From the NCBI GenBank assembly GCA_036172245.1, contig JAYWIR010000036.1:1-64000 (forward strand): 64,000 bases of DNA, written 5' to 3'. The notes under the pieces were generated by a model, which was not told where the DNA came from, did not search any database, and saw nothing but the letters and a program-made list of their open reading frames with translations. Shown piece by piece: positions 22,237 through 36,013 of this stretch (position 1 is its first letter; each line of letters opens with the position of its first letter). The stretch comes from Raillietiella orientalis (Eukaryota). The position numbers and the translations under genes are program-made.

Positions 22237-24039
22237 TTTCTCTTGGAGATTGTTCTTCAGCCAAAGTTCGGGTAGCACTCGCGTGCGTGCACATATCGAC
22301 ATCACACAGAACCGTTGCACGTGTCAGTGTTGCCTTCCTTCGGCAGGTGAAATTTTAAACCGTTTGGTTTCGAATAAAAGGAATCATTTGATTAGAGCGA
22401 TTGAATTTCTTGAGTTTTGATGAACTACATCGATCATTTTCATTATGATCAATATCAAAACCTGAATACTACTGCTAAATGACGAGGCATCTTCACTGAA
22501 GGAGAAAGTGAGTTCTCATGAAGGTGTGTGTAGTGTTATAATTTATGTAGAATAAATTTGGAATAGCTTTAGAAAAGCAAAGTAGGTGAGGATTGAATTT
22601 AATCAGTTTGAGTGCGAAAGGAAAAATGGCACTCTTACGAAGTTTTTATATTTTATAGATAACGAGGAGCAATAACTTGTTAAGGTTTCTTGATTATGAT
22701 TGGTTGCACCCCAGCAAGATGGCTCGAAGTATTCTTCGAATTGTTCCCCTAAAGAACACGCAGGCCCTCCCCGCTACATGACGAATTGGTCGGTTATTCC
22801 TGTTAGTGCAACATGGCCTTGGAATTCGTACTGATCCGTATCATATCCACCTCTTGATTCCTAAGTGCAGATGCTTCGATTACCTTGGCGGCCCCTTGGA
22901 CAGCTTTGCGCTGCAAAAGTCTGTCTTGTCCCGTCTGTATATGAGTTGATGATTGTATCGTTCCAAGAGTGCATGTTTCTTTTTCTGGAATGGGTCACTT
23001 TATGAAACTTTTGACTTCATCGCTTATCTCGTTTCCTATAAACCTCACCAACTAACATATTTTCTTTGGACGAGTAATTCGTATTAAGAAAGAAATTAGA
23101 ATGCATGTATAGCGTTTGCTTACTGCATACTTCCTTCTGGAAGGAAAAGGTTAGAATGCTGGGGTGCTCTTAATACCATTTTCTTACTCCATTTCATGCT
23201 TTTCTTGGAAGAGAGGAACTCGTACAAAACATGCTATAATCTTATCCCCATTCTCTGTTCTTGGAAGGAAGGATTTTGCCCTTTAGAAAAGCATCATAGC
23301 ACACCGCTGGAAACATGTACAAATATTAGTCGACGATGCTTTCAAACATGGCGATACGAACTCCGCCACTTAACAAACTGTCCACACTAGGAAGACTTCG
23401 GACTAGCAATTCTAATTTTTCAAAAAATCGACGTTACTACACTAAAATGAAACAGAGTGGTGAAATGGAAATAAATGGTACTTAGGACCATTTCATTTTC
23501 TGTGCCATTTTCTGTCCACTGAGCGACTCATCCTTTGTTCAGCAGACTTAAGAGCGGTTACGAACCTGAGTGCTCTCAGTAGAAACTGAGCCGTGGCTCA
23601 GTGAACAGCAGCTGAAGTGGTGCGATACTCAATCTGCATTCTCTCATGCTTCTCAGAACCCTCACTTTTGTGTCCAGATCAGAGCTTCTTGCTCTGTCCC
23701 CCAGCGAATTCACAGACAAGAATCAACAGGAGTATCTTTATCACCTAGAGAATTCCGGGACGCTATATACCATGCGTATGACAAATACGCAGAAACAAAC
23801 TAACAGGGATCCCCAACAGGTGCTTCCCAACAAGACAGGGCCGGAAGGGTTCAACCCTTCCGTTCCTCACGGTGTTATGAGCTGGAGGTTCACCACAGCG
23901 ATGCATCCACACGGAAAGCCTAGAAGAAAAGTCAATAAATAAAAAGTACATGATGGGAGTGTAGTCAAGTTACTAGGATCTGGACCGCTCCCTGTCACCT
24001 GCGATTCTTGTAACTGGGAAGTTTCCAGGTCAACAGCCT

Positions 24040-25400
24040 ATTTCACGTAATGTGGGGATTCGAATGGCTGATGTACAGCCATCACCCTCCTTTGATCGTC
24101 AAAGAGAATGGGTGCTGCCATGGCAAACAGCTGTTCTGTCCGTTCGACAGGATAGGTACGCGTCCTTGAGCAATGAGCACTTCACCTTTGCTTCGGCAAC
24201 CCTACCTCCATCCAGTGCTTACTGCTTTTGTAGCTTATTTGTGACTACTGCCTTTCATCTGACAAAATTCAATAGGGTGGACAATCGAGGGCAACAGATT
24301 CCTGTACAAAATGTTAAGGAATCGGCTCTGGTGCCGGCGAAGACCTAAATGAGTCACAGTGACTCTCAGCGAAACCGAAAGTCACGGGGCCGAAAGAGGA
24401 GGAGGAGGGCGACGAGGAGGACGAGGAGGAGAAGGAGGTAATTTATTGGAGGCTACAGGGAGATGTAACAGATGGTGACCTCGGACGTTGCTCCAAAAGC
24501 ATCGGTTGCCTGGCGTGCCCGAAACGCATCTCGAAGAGAAACCCTGTTCGAGATTGCAGCATTCTTCGTCCTCACTGCGCCCTCCCTGCTGCATCGGCAG
24601 CGGCGGGAGGCACAGTAACGACCGAGCGCCCATTCGGAGATGCGTTCCGTCTTCTCTGATTCGCGGATTCTGCACCCTTCCCGGTTCCTGCCCCCGTCTC
24701 TCGCTTTGCTTGTTCCAAACACGAAAAGCGGCTTGCAGAGGCACCTTCGTTGGCGTATGCTGCGAGTAGAGAGGGAGGAGGGGGCTGCTTGGGCCCGTTC
24801 GATTCGGTTGGAACGAGTAAGAGGGGTGATGTTGGTTGCATTCGAAGGGAGCGGTGGGAGGCGTGATTTGGACGCTGAATGAGCGTAGGTGCCGCCCCCG
24901 CAACGGGAGAAGAACAGAAGGAACGGACTGGAGCAGCTGCCCTGCCGCGGAGAACACCGTCGAAACCTGATCGGGACGGCGCGGAAAAAGATGGAGTCTG
25001 CCTTGTCTATCGCCATCATCATGGTATCCGTGGCAACGACTTCTTCCAAAGTGCGGACCTTCAGCACGACGGCGCAGGCTGTCGATCGCGCTGCTCGAGA
25101 GTGAATGAAACGCCGTCGCGCGCCATACACGGGTGTATGCTGCTCACCGGGAGAAGGCGGTCGACTGCATCAACACGAGAAGACAGAGACGGACACGACA
25201 ACACGAGAAGTCGAGTGTGCTGTACATACTGTCGTTGAGACCTGACCTCGTCCCGAGGACTTCTTCTGACCCTCAGGAAACGCAGCTTCCTTTGACACCT
25301 AAGCGACGATATTCTGAGAGTGCTAAAAATGCCAAGACAGCGAGTGAACCAGCTGTGTTTACCGAGTGAACGGAGGAATTACATAGAATGAAGGGTCCAA
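24040..25400 (+). mobile_element. Heavily decayed RLE-type non-LTR retrotransposon 3' region
   Basis: Residual motifs in order: LPWQ (24113), QMVTSD, LEQLPCRG (LNxLP), LRPDLV (25235), DDILRVL. The order follows the element at 2760-4360. Confidence 0.5.
24326..25222. repeat. Inverted repeat arm A (partner 48237-49118)
   Basis: Reverse complement of 48237-49118. The 225-aa and 89-aa ORFs recur on the opposite strand with few substitutions. Confidence 0.95.
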
Positions 25401-28049
25401 TGATCCTTATGACGTTTGCCATCTTCATCAGTTGTCCATCTTTTGGTTCTGTAATTATGTAGTTATGCTGTCATTTCCGAAGATTACCCGTCCGCACCCT
25501 ACTCATTCCGCCCTGGCTTTTCTTGGACGTTGACATTCCGGGATTTTTTTTATCAGGCGGATGCCTTAAACCTGGGTTCCATATTGCATGTTAGAAGCAC
25601 ACAAAATGCACCACAGTTCACCTCATTCTGTAGAGATGTAGCTGCAAGATGATGATACCCATGATGGTCACATGAGCACTCTTTATTAGAAAAAGATGTA
25701 CTTTTTCCAACACTTCTTCGCGTCATCGGTGCTCTCGAATGAGTGAGTGACGTCCAGCATGACCGTTTTTTCTCCCTCTCCTGCCTTCCTGCAGCACAAG
25801 ATCCTGTAGAAGACAAGGGTTCACGCCAGAGAGCTGTTTATTTCAGGAAGTCATTTCCCAGCTTCCATCACGTGCATCGTGACGATGACCGTACTGAGTG
25901 CTTCAAGCGTCGAGGTGGAAAATGAGGCAGATTCCAGTCCCGAACTCGACATCTTCCGCAACCACGGTTCTGTACGCGAAATGCTATCTCCTCGACTGAA
26001 AGAACGTTGAACCGGGTTTCACGGATGGATTTGCAGCCCGAAAATTGGTGGCACTTTCTGACATGGCTGATTTCTGTTTTGTTTCTATGAGGAAGCGCCA
26101 CCCCTGGTTGGCTGCTCCGGAGATTACGAACAACTGATGCAAACTTCCTCTTCATCATAACATCGAACGTATGGTTGCCAACAAGGATGTGCTACTGACG
26201 TTCACTTTTCCCCATGCTTGATGTTAATTGTCTTTCTCATATCCTCAGGGTGCTTATATCCGCGCTATTTGTGCGGAATTCCCTGGGCATCTCTCTGGAT
26301 TAAAATCCACTCTGCTCCGCATTCGTGGGCAAGGCGGCGCTCCATTTTTTCAGCACTTGGCGGAAGCTTGAGCGAAAGAGTGTTGACACTATCGATCCAA
26401 AGTTGTGAGTAGCCTCAAGCAACTGCTCAAGTCGCAGATATCCTCACGAGCGTTTTCCGAAAAGGTGTCCCTTGGTTCCACTACTGAATAAGTGAAGACA
26501 CTTTGTACCAACGTCTCCGTGTGGTTAATTACTCAGAACTTAAAGCATATTTCCAAATCTTGGAAATGAACCAGGCTGAGATAGAGGAAGACTTTAAGCA
26601 CATCTATTTTTTTTTTTTTTGAAGAGGACAAGGCAGAGTGAAGAATAGCCTTTGCGTAATTTTATCGTAGGGGTCTCAGAAAACCGTTCAAGCCAGAATG
26701 ACATTCCTGGAATTTCTAGGCCCCATCTGTTTCTACGTGTGGGGTGCCTTAGCTGTTTAGATAATGATGTCTTTGAGCATCCGACATAACCGAGACATCT
26801 ACTGGACAACTTCGTATAAAACACCCTCAAAAAGTTCGAGCTTTCATCTACATGATGAAGTCTTCAAAGAACGACCAAACCATTGTGACTTGCCTGACGA
26901 CAAAACTCAAGTCAATAGCTTTGCACATCAGGAAAGCGTCCGGTGGGAGGTGAAAGACGGAGAGTTCGGGGATACGTACCACCAGACCGACAAGAACGTT
27001 CGGATGGACACAGCCGTAGATGTGTCAGGAAGGGCTGTCACCGAGCAGAAAAACTATCCACGATCTTCCAAGCATCCAGAGGTTGCCTCTCATTACAGTG
27101 TCCCTTCATCTAATGCGACAACACTTTGTGAAAGACTTGGTTGGAAGCGCTGCCTGTTAATTCTTCGTCAGTGGCATCCTGATTAAAATCCCTTAGTTCC
27201 GCACTGAATCTGTTCCTTTTTCATCGCAGCATTCGTTCTCCTCTTTGGACACGAGTGCGCGTAGCGATGCTGCACAAAATTGTTGATGAGAGAGAAGGAA
27301 GGTTTGAAGTGAACGCAGGGAGAGATCAAACCTATTGAGAAAAGGTGCACCAAAAACGCGGAGTTATTGTCAAGCCCGGGAGCGCTAAAGAAGGAGGAGG
27401 TCCTAGTACGAGACGTTGGAAGCTGGAGAACTGCTTCCAGTTTCGGGTGCCGAGTGACAAATGCATTGACTGAGAGCAAATCGGCAAGTGAGTGGTTGCT
27501 CAGTGAGTGAGTGGTCGTTGTCGAAATTCCAACAGCACCAGAAAAAGAAGTGGCGCTTGTGCGCGGCATTTGGGCGAAATTTCTCCATGCAAGAGTGTGG
27601 CAGTGCCGTTCGCGCTTTTCAAAGGCTACAGTCAACAACCCACACTGCTATGTATTTGTGCAGCTGTTTTGTCTTTCCGAACTTTCCCTCGTTCAGAGGG
27701 TTTGGGAACTTGAAAGGAACGCAGATGAGGGACGTCACAACTGCTGCCGTTCTCCTTACCTATTGAGCAAATGGCTGATCTGCTATGCACGGTCAAGGGT
27801 GGAAGAGAAAAGTTACTGGCGGTTCAAATTTGCATCCTCCAGGACGTCTCCCCCTCGATTCCAGGCAGTCCCTTCGTTTGCTGAATGAACAGAGCGAGGG
27901 CGGACGGATGACTTTCCCCACGACTCCTTCACACCTTCCGGAAAAATTTCCGAGCGGTGCAGAGATCATCGCGGCTTCGCAAAGTCCATCGCAGCAGTGA
28001 AACTGTCAGCAGCGTAAGACAAAAGGAAGACGCGGATGTTTTTCGTCTC

Positions 28050-28700
28050 GCAATTTTTGAACGAAATCAGCAATGGCCACCGGTGCTTCATCTACCGATC
28101 CAATTCCCTGACTTTCCCGGTTCCACTCCGGTGGTACGAGTATATTTCCTGGAGTAGCGCCGGAGCGCTGACATTAGACGCTCAGTTGCCTATCTGGAGA
28201 CCAGTTTGCTCTTGATGGTTGCCTTAAACGGATTTATGGTTATTTGGATTCATGAATATGGCCTCCCACTCGCCGTATGTCGAGTTGACAGACCGGAGTC
28301 AACAAACTATGCAGGTGACTGGTGTCCTTGCTTTTTGCGACCCGTCTTTCTTGCAATAAAGAAGAAATTCCAAAGATGCTTGCGCATCCATCGGCACGCT
28401 GGACCCCTTTATATAACGTTTGGATTACCATGGGGTCTGCACGTTCCTTGTGCAAAAGGATACCCGCCCAGGGAAAGCCCTCATGAATAATCAGACTGAT
28501 AATGACGATGATGAATGAAAATAGCAGTAGTATGGCGCAAGGGAAACCTTTTGATGAAGGAAAGGAATGTCTGTTTATGGTGGATCTGAAGGGTCCACGG
28601 TGTATCGAGCGAAATCTGTATTTCCCCATCCAAACACCGGTGCAGTCTCTTCTGCGTCAATTCAGGACGAAATATGTAGCTCAAAACTGACTTGGGCCAT
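28050..28700 (+). pseudogene. Decayed L1/Tx1-like RT fragment
   Basis: AGDWCPCFL (NWRPI position), GYPPRESPHE (PGRS position) and GKECLFMVDLKG (DxxKAF position), in the correct order. Confidence 0.45.
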
Positions 28701-29410
28701 TCAGCAGCATCGGTGCATTGTGATTTCTTAGTGTCTAGAAAGATTATTTGTTGACGAGCTCTTTGCATTTTCAGTTACTGAAAATGATGGTTACGACCAG
28801 AGTGAGTCCCCAATAATCTTCTGCTTCAGCATATTTTCCACGTGTTCCCAAGACCTTTGTAGTCACGTCGTATGTCATCCTCTGTCGCGGGCAGCCATTA
28901 AGAAAAAAGAGAACAAAAGATGGCGAAAAGCAGCAGCTCAGCGAACGTGCGGGATGAAATTTGCCTCGTGGAGGCAATGGTCTTTCAGCATGCGCGTTTT
29001 GCTTTTGTAGGCTGGCAGTTTCTTTGACTGATCCCCACGAAGTGTTTTGACATACCAGAAGTGGAAACGAGATGCCCTCATTATAAGTCTCATCTCCAGC
29101 GCTTAAAGATTGATTAGCAACAAGAAACGCTCGCTGAAGAGGGAAAAGTGGTCTTTGTCCGGTCGATGCCCAGAGGGAAAGTGGGCTGGCGAGGCAGAGG
29201 TTGAGGGTGGCAAGAAACCAATTTTTATTTATTGGCTTCCGAACTAAGATAACGTTGCTTCATTCGATTCGGTTGCTACGAAACGCTGCTCTCTCGCACT
29301 CTGTAGTTTGCCAAAATTGGCAGTCAAATTTCCGAAATCCTCACACTTTTTTTTTTTTTGCGTAAGTCGGAGGTGTTGCTTTTTTGCAAGTCAAAGCTTC
29401 CGCTCGAGTC

Positions 29411-29518
29411 TTCGGATCTGAGTTTCATCTCGGCTTCCGGTTTCATTTCGGCTTTTTGGTTTCATCTTCAGATTAGGTTTCATCCTTGGTTTCCGGTTCT
29501 CAGTTCGGCTTTCGATTC
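29411..29518. repeat. Degenerate 18-19 bp tandem repeat, 5-6 units
   Basis: gtttcat recurs at 29422, 29440, 29459 and 29477. Consensus is close to ggtttcatctcggcttcc. Confidence 0.7.
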
Positions 29519-32339
29519 ACGAGCAGAGAGATAATTTGAACGGTTTCGTGTCCATCTGAGCTCACTGCTCGTGGTGGGCAAGGATTCTTCTTTGCATCCG
29601 ATCAGTACAATGCGACGTGCTGTGGAAACCTCGCGTCCAAGGACGACATCACGCGATGGCGCCTGGGGGCAAGCGGGTGTGAAGTGTGAACTCCGAGTGG
29701 GAAACGCTCAATAGGACTGCTGCTTTTAGGGTCGAATGCACCCGGAAATGAGGAGTGGGACCAGAATGGAGAGAAGGATAAAGTGTTTTCAATGAGCTAC
29801 TCGAGAGTGGCATGCATCTCTCTCGGCGGTCTTTTGGAAAAGGCATGAGGGAACGTGAACCATGCAGATCAAATCTTCTGCATCCGCAGGAATCCAAGAT
29901 GAATCAACTGGTCAAGGGAACCACATTTGCCACAGGACTGGCTGCTGTGGCTCAGATACTTCCTGACGCCATCAGGTCAGCGAAGCCCTTAGATATTTTA
30001 GTAGCCATTCCAATACTTTTTCAAGCTGTCTCTCCTAGAGCGGTTGCCACAGTATCGGAAGACAGGAGGACGGACAGGCACTGATTGATCACTCAGGGGA
30101 GCCCTCGTGCGATGATGAGGAAAGACACAAATCAAATTGCGGATGACAGCTGGTAATCCCTCAGAAGAGGCGCGCTGGATACAGCAGAAAGCTCCACTCT
30201 TGGGGGCTATTAAGCTTCATCATTAGTTGCGCCGTCGTCTTCAACGCATTTGCCGAAAGGGTTTCGTCCGCCATTCACAAAACTAGACAGCCCACAAACA
30301 GCCCAAGAGTAAAACCAGAAGCTCAGCAAGACATCTGGTCTACCATATGGGAAATGAATATTTCCCGATTCGACAGACACTTGTTCGATGCCAAAACGGA
30401 AAGGCAAAGAAATGGAAAACCAGACAAGGACACCAAAAAGAAAACAAAAACAGAACACTTGGAACACGTTAAGGGAGAGCGCTCAAAGAAGTCCGAAGAT
30501 CGGAGCAGGAGGCACATAGCACAAGAAAGGGAGCTCCACCAAAGCACGAATCTGGTTTAAATCCATGGAAAACGGATCTCGAATCTCAACTCTGTGTAAG
30601 ACCGAGTTTGCCGCGTCTTGAGGTTCCATAAAGCGTCCAAAGGACTTCCATTCATCCCGGTTTCTCTGCCATGTAACGATCCACGGAAACTGCTGGCAGA
30701 AGAGGATCAGATTTCAGCTAAAGAGTGAAGGAGTTTGAAAGAGTAACGGAAGTTCCTCGCGAAGCTTCAGCACGAACGCCATTCATGGTGTACACTTAAC
30801 CCGCTAGATGGAAGGACGTTTTCCCCTTCACGATCAAGATCGAACGTGGAGCCAAGTCGCCACTTCATGAAAGTGAACTTTGAAGGTCACTTGGCCTGCA
30901 AAAGACAATTTCGAAAAACCGAGGCAAACGGGAAAGCACAGGGAAAAGATCACTCCTTCGTAGGCTGAGGCCCAACTCTCCTCACGCGTGCCTTGGAGAA
31001 ATGGCGAGGAGCGTAGAGTTTCTCATAATCTACAGGTTTCGATGTTTGCTTTGGATAAAAAGGGCGGGATAGGTCGTTTAAGTTATTTTCCCCGCTGACT
31101 ATTCGGTGATTTGGAAGGATGAACAGCCCAATTTGTGGTGAAGAGCGAAAACGCGACCAACAGCAAAAAAAAATACCAAACGACGGCCGTTCATCCAATC
31201 AGGGTGGTGAGCTGGGAGATACATAAACGGAAGGAGGCGACGTTACGATGGTCTGGAGGCCTTTGCAATCACGAATCCCTCCCTGGATGTTTCTGTGACC
31301 CTGCGTCGTCTCCATAAATGGACGGGAGAATTTGTCTGGCACTTTTTCCCCAGACGACAGCTGCTTACCTCATCAGGGAAAGCATCATCACTTGGAGTCC
31401 GGAAGGACCATGGGAAACCACGTGAGAGCCTCTGCGTCAAAGAAAAGCCCTAAGAGAAAAGGAAATCAGGCAAGAATCAGCAGAGGGATCAGGAGCCCAA
31501 CGGTGGGATGGGACGGAAGATGGAATAGGTACACTTTTGCATCATGTTCCCGTAAGTTTGTACGATTCTGCGGCATTCGCAGAACCAAAGGCAGCTTTTC
31601 CTTTCCCGCAGCCCTCGACGGTGCTGCTTCCTTTCCTTCTCAAAGACGCTGGAGTACATGAACCTCGCATACTACTGGACTGCTGCGCAACGAGCAAAGC
31701 ACTCTCCTCTTTTTTTGCGTGTAGACAACCGGCAAAGATCCGATCGGTTTCCCACATGAAATGTGACCAAATGCTGAGCTCAGTGACTGCAGGCTGGGAG
31801 CAGCCTTTTTCCAAAATTGCCTGCCGCCAATGAGAAGTGAGCTGAGTGTGGTCCGGGTGCGCCTCCTGCAGCTACCACTGTTGCACAGCGTCCAGAGGCA
31901 TTGAGACATACCACAGGAACACCAGCATGAACTGAGGGCTACAAAAACGAATATCCAGGAGGTGGATGGCGGAGAAGCTTCACTTCTTAATGCCGCTGGC
32001 AAAAGAAAAAAAAATGGATTCGTACAAATCCGACGGGCTAAACAAACAGCCTGACTCGCTGATGAAGGAAAAAAGCCATCTCGAAAATTCCAGTCGCATG
32101 ACTGATGAAGCAGATTAATGTGGCAGTGGAAACTGAGGGTCACTTATGCAATCAGCTGAAAACATTCCGAGTTTATTCACATCAGGATGGATGATTTAAC
32201 AAATCGCTTTCCTGTCATCGACTGTCTTCTGCATAGGATCGGAATTAAGAAGCGCAAAGACCCCTTTAATCATGAGATTTGTGATTGGCACGTGCTGTGC
32301 TCTTTTTGTTAGGGTACTGTGAAGGGATGGCAACCGTAC

Positions 32340-32760
32340 GTAGCAACTGAACGCTGTGGAGTGCTACTTGGGGGAAAAGCCTTTCGTTCTTGGGAGCAGC
32401 GTTGTTGTTCCTTGCTGGTCTTCCAGGCCATTTCTCTGAGGCACGCTGAGATGGCAGCACGTGTCTGGAAACCCGGATACTTGGAAACGTAGGGATCTGG
32501 TGGTACAGCTCCCACCCAGCGTGGACTCCCCATTCAGGCCCGACTTCGTGCTGCAAGGAGGGGAACGGACTACCATTTTGGATGCCACCCGCTTCGTCGA
32601 AGGGCCCTCCGGCAACTTCATATGGTGGCGTATCTGCGTCAGCTGACTGCTTCTCGACGTAAGGACTTCCTGCGTTGACCTGAGATCCTTGCGGTGCTGG
32701 GGCCCGGGTAACGATGCGGTTCAGAGAGATCTGGAGGTCCTGGAAAGGCATCGGGAAGGA
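32340..32760 (+). pseudogene. RLE (restriction-like endonuclease) fragment of an R2/NeSL-like element
   Basis: ISLRHAE (RH motif) followed by FRPDFVLQGGERTTILDA (RPD..D motif). Confidence 0.6.
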
Positions 32761-35660
32761 GAGCTCTGTTCCCGTATATCATGACGACATTGGAGTCTCT
32801 TCGGGGTTCGGCTGTTGAATAGACAAAAAGTGGAAGTGGGAGAATCGCGGCGACAGTGCCTCATTAGACAGCAGGCTCACCCCCCCCACACACACACACG
32901 CTCTCGAAATGCATAAAAATTCAAAGCAAATGAAATCCTTTGGGGGTCAGAATTTCGGTTGGCCTCCGCACATCCTTCTGTACACGCTGCTTGCAACATT
33001 CGCCCACCGGAAGACCCTGTGGCCAGTTCAAAGCAGCTTGTCTGAAGTCTCGGAAGGAACGAACGCTAGCAGAACGCAACGTCTTTTCTCTTGGAGGTCA
33101 CCGAAAACTTGGGTCGCGGAAACTCTGACCCCCTCTCGCGTTCCTCTCGTGAGCTGCCGCTAGCCGATGCGGCATCGCGTCCTGGAGTTTCGTAGAGAGT
33201 TGCCACTTTGCGCTCAGTCTTGCGCGTGTGCAGAGCCAAAGCACTGCTTTAAGAGCTTGGAGGATGGAGGATTATTATGGCGATTACAAAAGGAGCAATG
33301 CACCATCCTCGCATGATCGCCTGGGATTCGTCGGAGGACTTACAGTCTCCTGCTCTAATGGTGCGGTCGTCGACTTGAAGCCAAAGTTGCACGCAACCTT
33401 CGCAACGTCGAAGTGTGCAGCTGCTGCGGAAGGATCGAAACAGAAACATGGCGCCTCGATGGCTCGTATTTCCCAGCTCCCAGATTTGGCTGTTCGCCGC
33501 CGCGAAGAGCAGCTCCCGTGCATGCGGCTTAAGAGGAACTTTGTGCTTTTCAAGGTCGGCCCTCCGGAGATGTGCTCAGAATCCACCAGTCTCCCCGTTG
33601 CTTGGTTCCCGGTTTACCGATCGCAACCGAAGGGTTAACTCTGGGCTGAAGTCCTGCTCCCAGTGGTGGATCCAGAAGGAACTTCGCACTTCACGGAAGT
33701 CCCGAGTCTTCCTCCTCCTCCAAGAAGTTTCGTTCTTGAACAGAAGGGAGCCTTGCGTGAACCTTCCTGGCGCGCGAACGGAAACAGCCGGGGCCCTCAA
33801 AACGGCTTGACTTCCCTCCGCGACACAGAAAACAAGGCAAAGGGCTCGTGAATCCCACTGGAGGTCGCCGTGGCCCCTGGGAACACTTCCTGACAAGAAG
33901 TCTCTCGGAATCCGGCCTGCTTCCTCCTCTCGGTGTGATCGCAGAGTGGCCATCAACGCCACGGTGTTCGGACCTCCTCTTCTCCCATCAGTGCAAGAAT
34001 CACATGGATGAGCGTTCTGGACTGACTGCTTTCTCGATCCTCTTCCACTGTCGTCTTTCCCGGAGCTCCTGGAGCCGACTCGGGATTTCGTCTACATCGG
34101 GCACTTGGACACAGAGATGGAGGCCTCGTCCCTGACGTCTGCCTCTTGGAAGATTGCAGACAGATCCCGAGGAGTCACGACAAAGGGAGAAGAGCAAGCA
34201 CGGCCAGAGGATTGGTCCTCTACTCCTTTTCTTCAGAAGAGCACAGGCAGGGGTCCGCGTGTCGGTCGTGTTTTTTTTTACCTCCCTGAGATAATGGCGT
34301 ATCCAGGAAAGCCGCGAATCCCTACGCGAAACCTGGAGGACTCTGGAAGAAGTCAGGAAAGAAAACCGCATCAGGACTCCTCATTTCTTCCTTCACCGGA
34401 CAGACATCTGAACTGGAGGGGAACTCAGCAGAACCGTTGTTTTTGGGTGCAGATGAAGTTCTGAAAGCCGTTTCCATGGATCCACCTCCGGAACACGAGT
34501 CCACTCGGGCTACACCACCAACACTATTGCTTAGAGCAAGTCGCCGTGAGACCCTTGCCCCCGTGGAGAGGGGGAGGGGAGGGTTCATGCTGATGTCTGA
34601 GTGGTTATGTACGTAGTCTCTGAGAAACTTCGTGAGTAGAGTTCTCGTTCTTCGTTGGTGATTACCGGCACCAAATGTTGCTGGCTTGTGGTGGGAGAAC
34701 AGAGGTTGAGAGCCGCTAGCGGCCAGGAAATGAAAAGTTCAGCTCTCTTCAAGCAAAAGACGCTGTTGCTCGTGGCTCCTGCTTTTCTGCTCGACTGCAT
34801 CCCATCTATCACCTGCTTCGACTTACCAGAACCGCTTCCATCCCACTTCCTCTCCCCCCGTTCCTTTTCGAACAAGGAACTGCGCGTGCGACGGCGGTCA
34901 GCGGTCACGTGGTTCCGTCCTCTTGGAGCGCGCGAGCGTGCGACTGCAATGCAAACAGCACGCACTCACGTGCAACGCATTCAGGGGACACTCCGTCCTA
35001 TGTCGGGGGGGGGGGGTGCGTCGCGCGTATCCGTGCGCGCTGTGCAGGTTCCGTCGTTGCACCCTCGACAGCCTCGCTTCCAGCGACCTGTTCATGGCTC
35101 TCTATTCGATTGCGGAACTCCGTTCGTCTTCCCGCGCTGCAGCATTGCGGATCGGCTGCCCATTTCGAAATCGCTTGGGGGCTTATAGCTGCCCTCGCTC
35201 TCGCCAGCGCGGAGGGTCGAAGAAAAGACTTCGTCGCAGGGGACGCTGTCCGCAAGCACGCACGCAGGGGGAGCGAGGAGGATCCTTACCCCCTTCCCCC
35301 TATTGAAAGACCACACTCTTCGAAAGTCAAGAGGTCAACTTGTCGAGTCGAACCTCTCTCTCTCCTCGGGAGTCATGAATTCGCTCTCGAGGAGAGCAAT
35401 TACGAAACTCTCGCTGCTGATCCCGACGGCAAGGGTGGCTGCCGCTCCGAGCGTTGAGGTGGTGCCGTGACGAAGTCTGTTCTCCGGGGTCGTCGGAAAT
35501 TCGAAATTCGAGCGGGCGGAAGAATTCGGATGTCTGCTGGCTGGTGGAAGAAGGGAAAAGCACACAAACGGCCACAGAAAAGGAACATCGTGGTAGAAGG
35601 AACCGCGAAACTGAGTACCGTACAAGAACAATGAAACGTAATGACAAAAATGAATAAATT

Positions 35661-36013
35661 CAGTGGCACCTCGGCAGTCGACGGTCTCGGAACTCGTCAG
35701 ACTCGGTACCCGTCGCATTTTGACGAGGAAAAACTGTTTCGGCGCTCGCCGCATGTTCGGAACTCGACACCACCCCACTCTCGTGATGAAACAAGTGGAC
35801 ACTTGAGTCTCATGGTAGCCCGCGAGCAGTGTCGAACACTGCCATAGAGTGCCCCCCAAATCGTTCCCTTTTTTCGTTCTTTCTGTGCATTTTAAGCGTC
35901 AATCTTGGATGCAGAATGGTTAAAAATGATACGACGGAGCCTAGAAAAGGAACTCGTTCGGCACTCGTCACGAGTTCCGGAACACATTACCATCGAGTAC
36001 CGAGGTACCACTG
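35661..36013. mobile_element. Non-autonomous Tc1/mariner-pogo-type MITE, 353 bp
   Basis: TIRs cagtggcacctcggcagtcgacgg / ccatcgagtaccgaggtaccactg match at 20 of 24 positions. TA follows the right end; the left flank is TT. No transposase ORF. Confidence 0.75.

Noticed and set aside
21121..22320. ORF-track entries 21121-21402, 21321-21596 and 21979-22320 as separate genes
   Set aside because: They are COQ4 exons read into flanking introns.
23455..23522. Imperfect hairpin around aaatggt-acttagg-accattt
   Set aside because: Short AT-rich stem with many bulges, as expected by chance.
33600..33760. Possible APE start (VNSGLKS...FLLLQEV)
   Set aside because: A single weak motif with no downstream APE motifs I could confirm.
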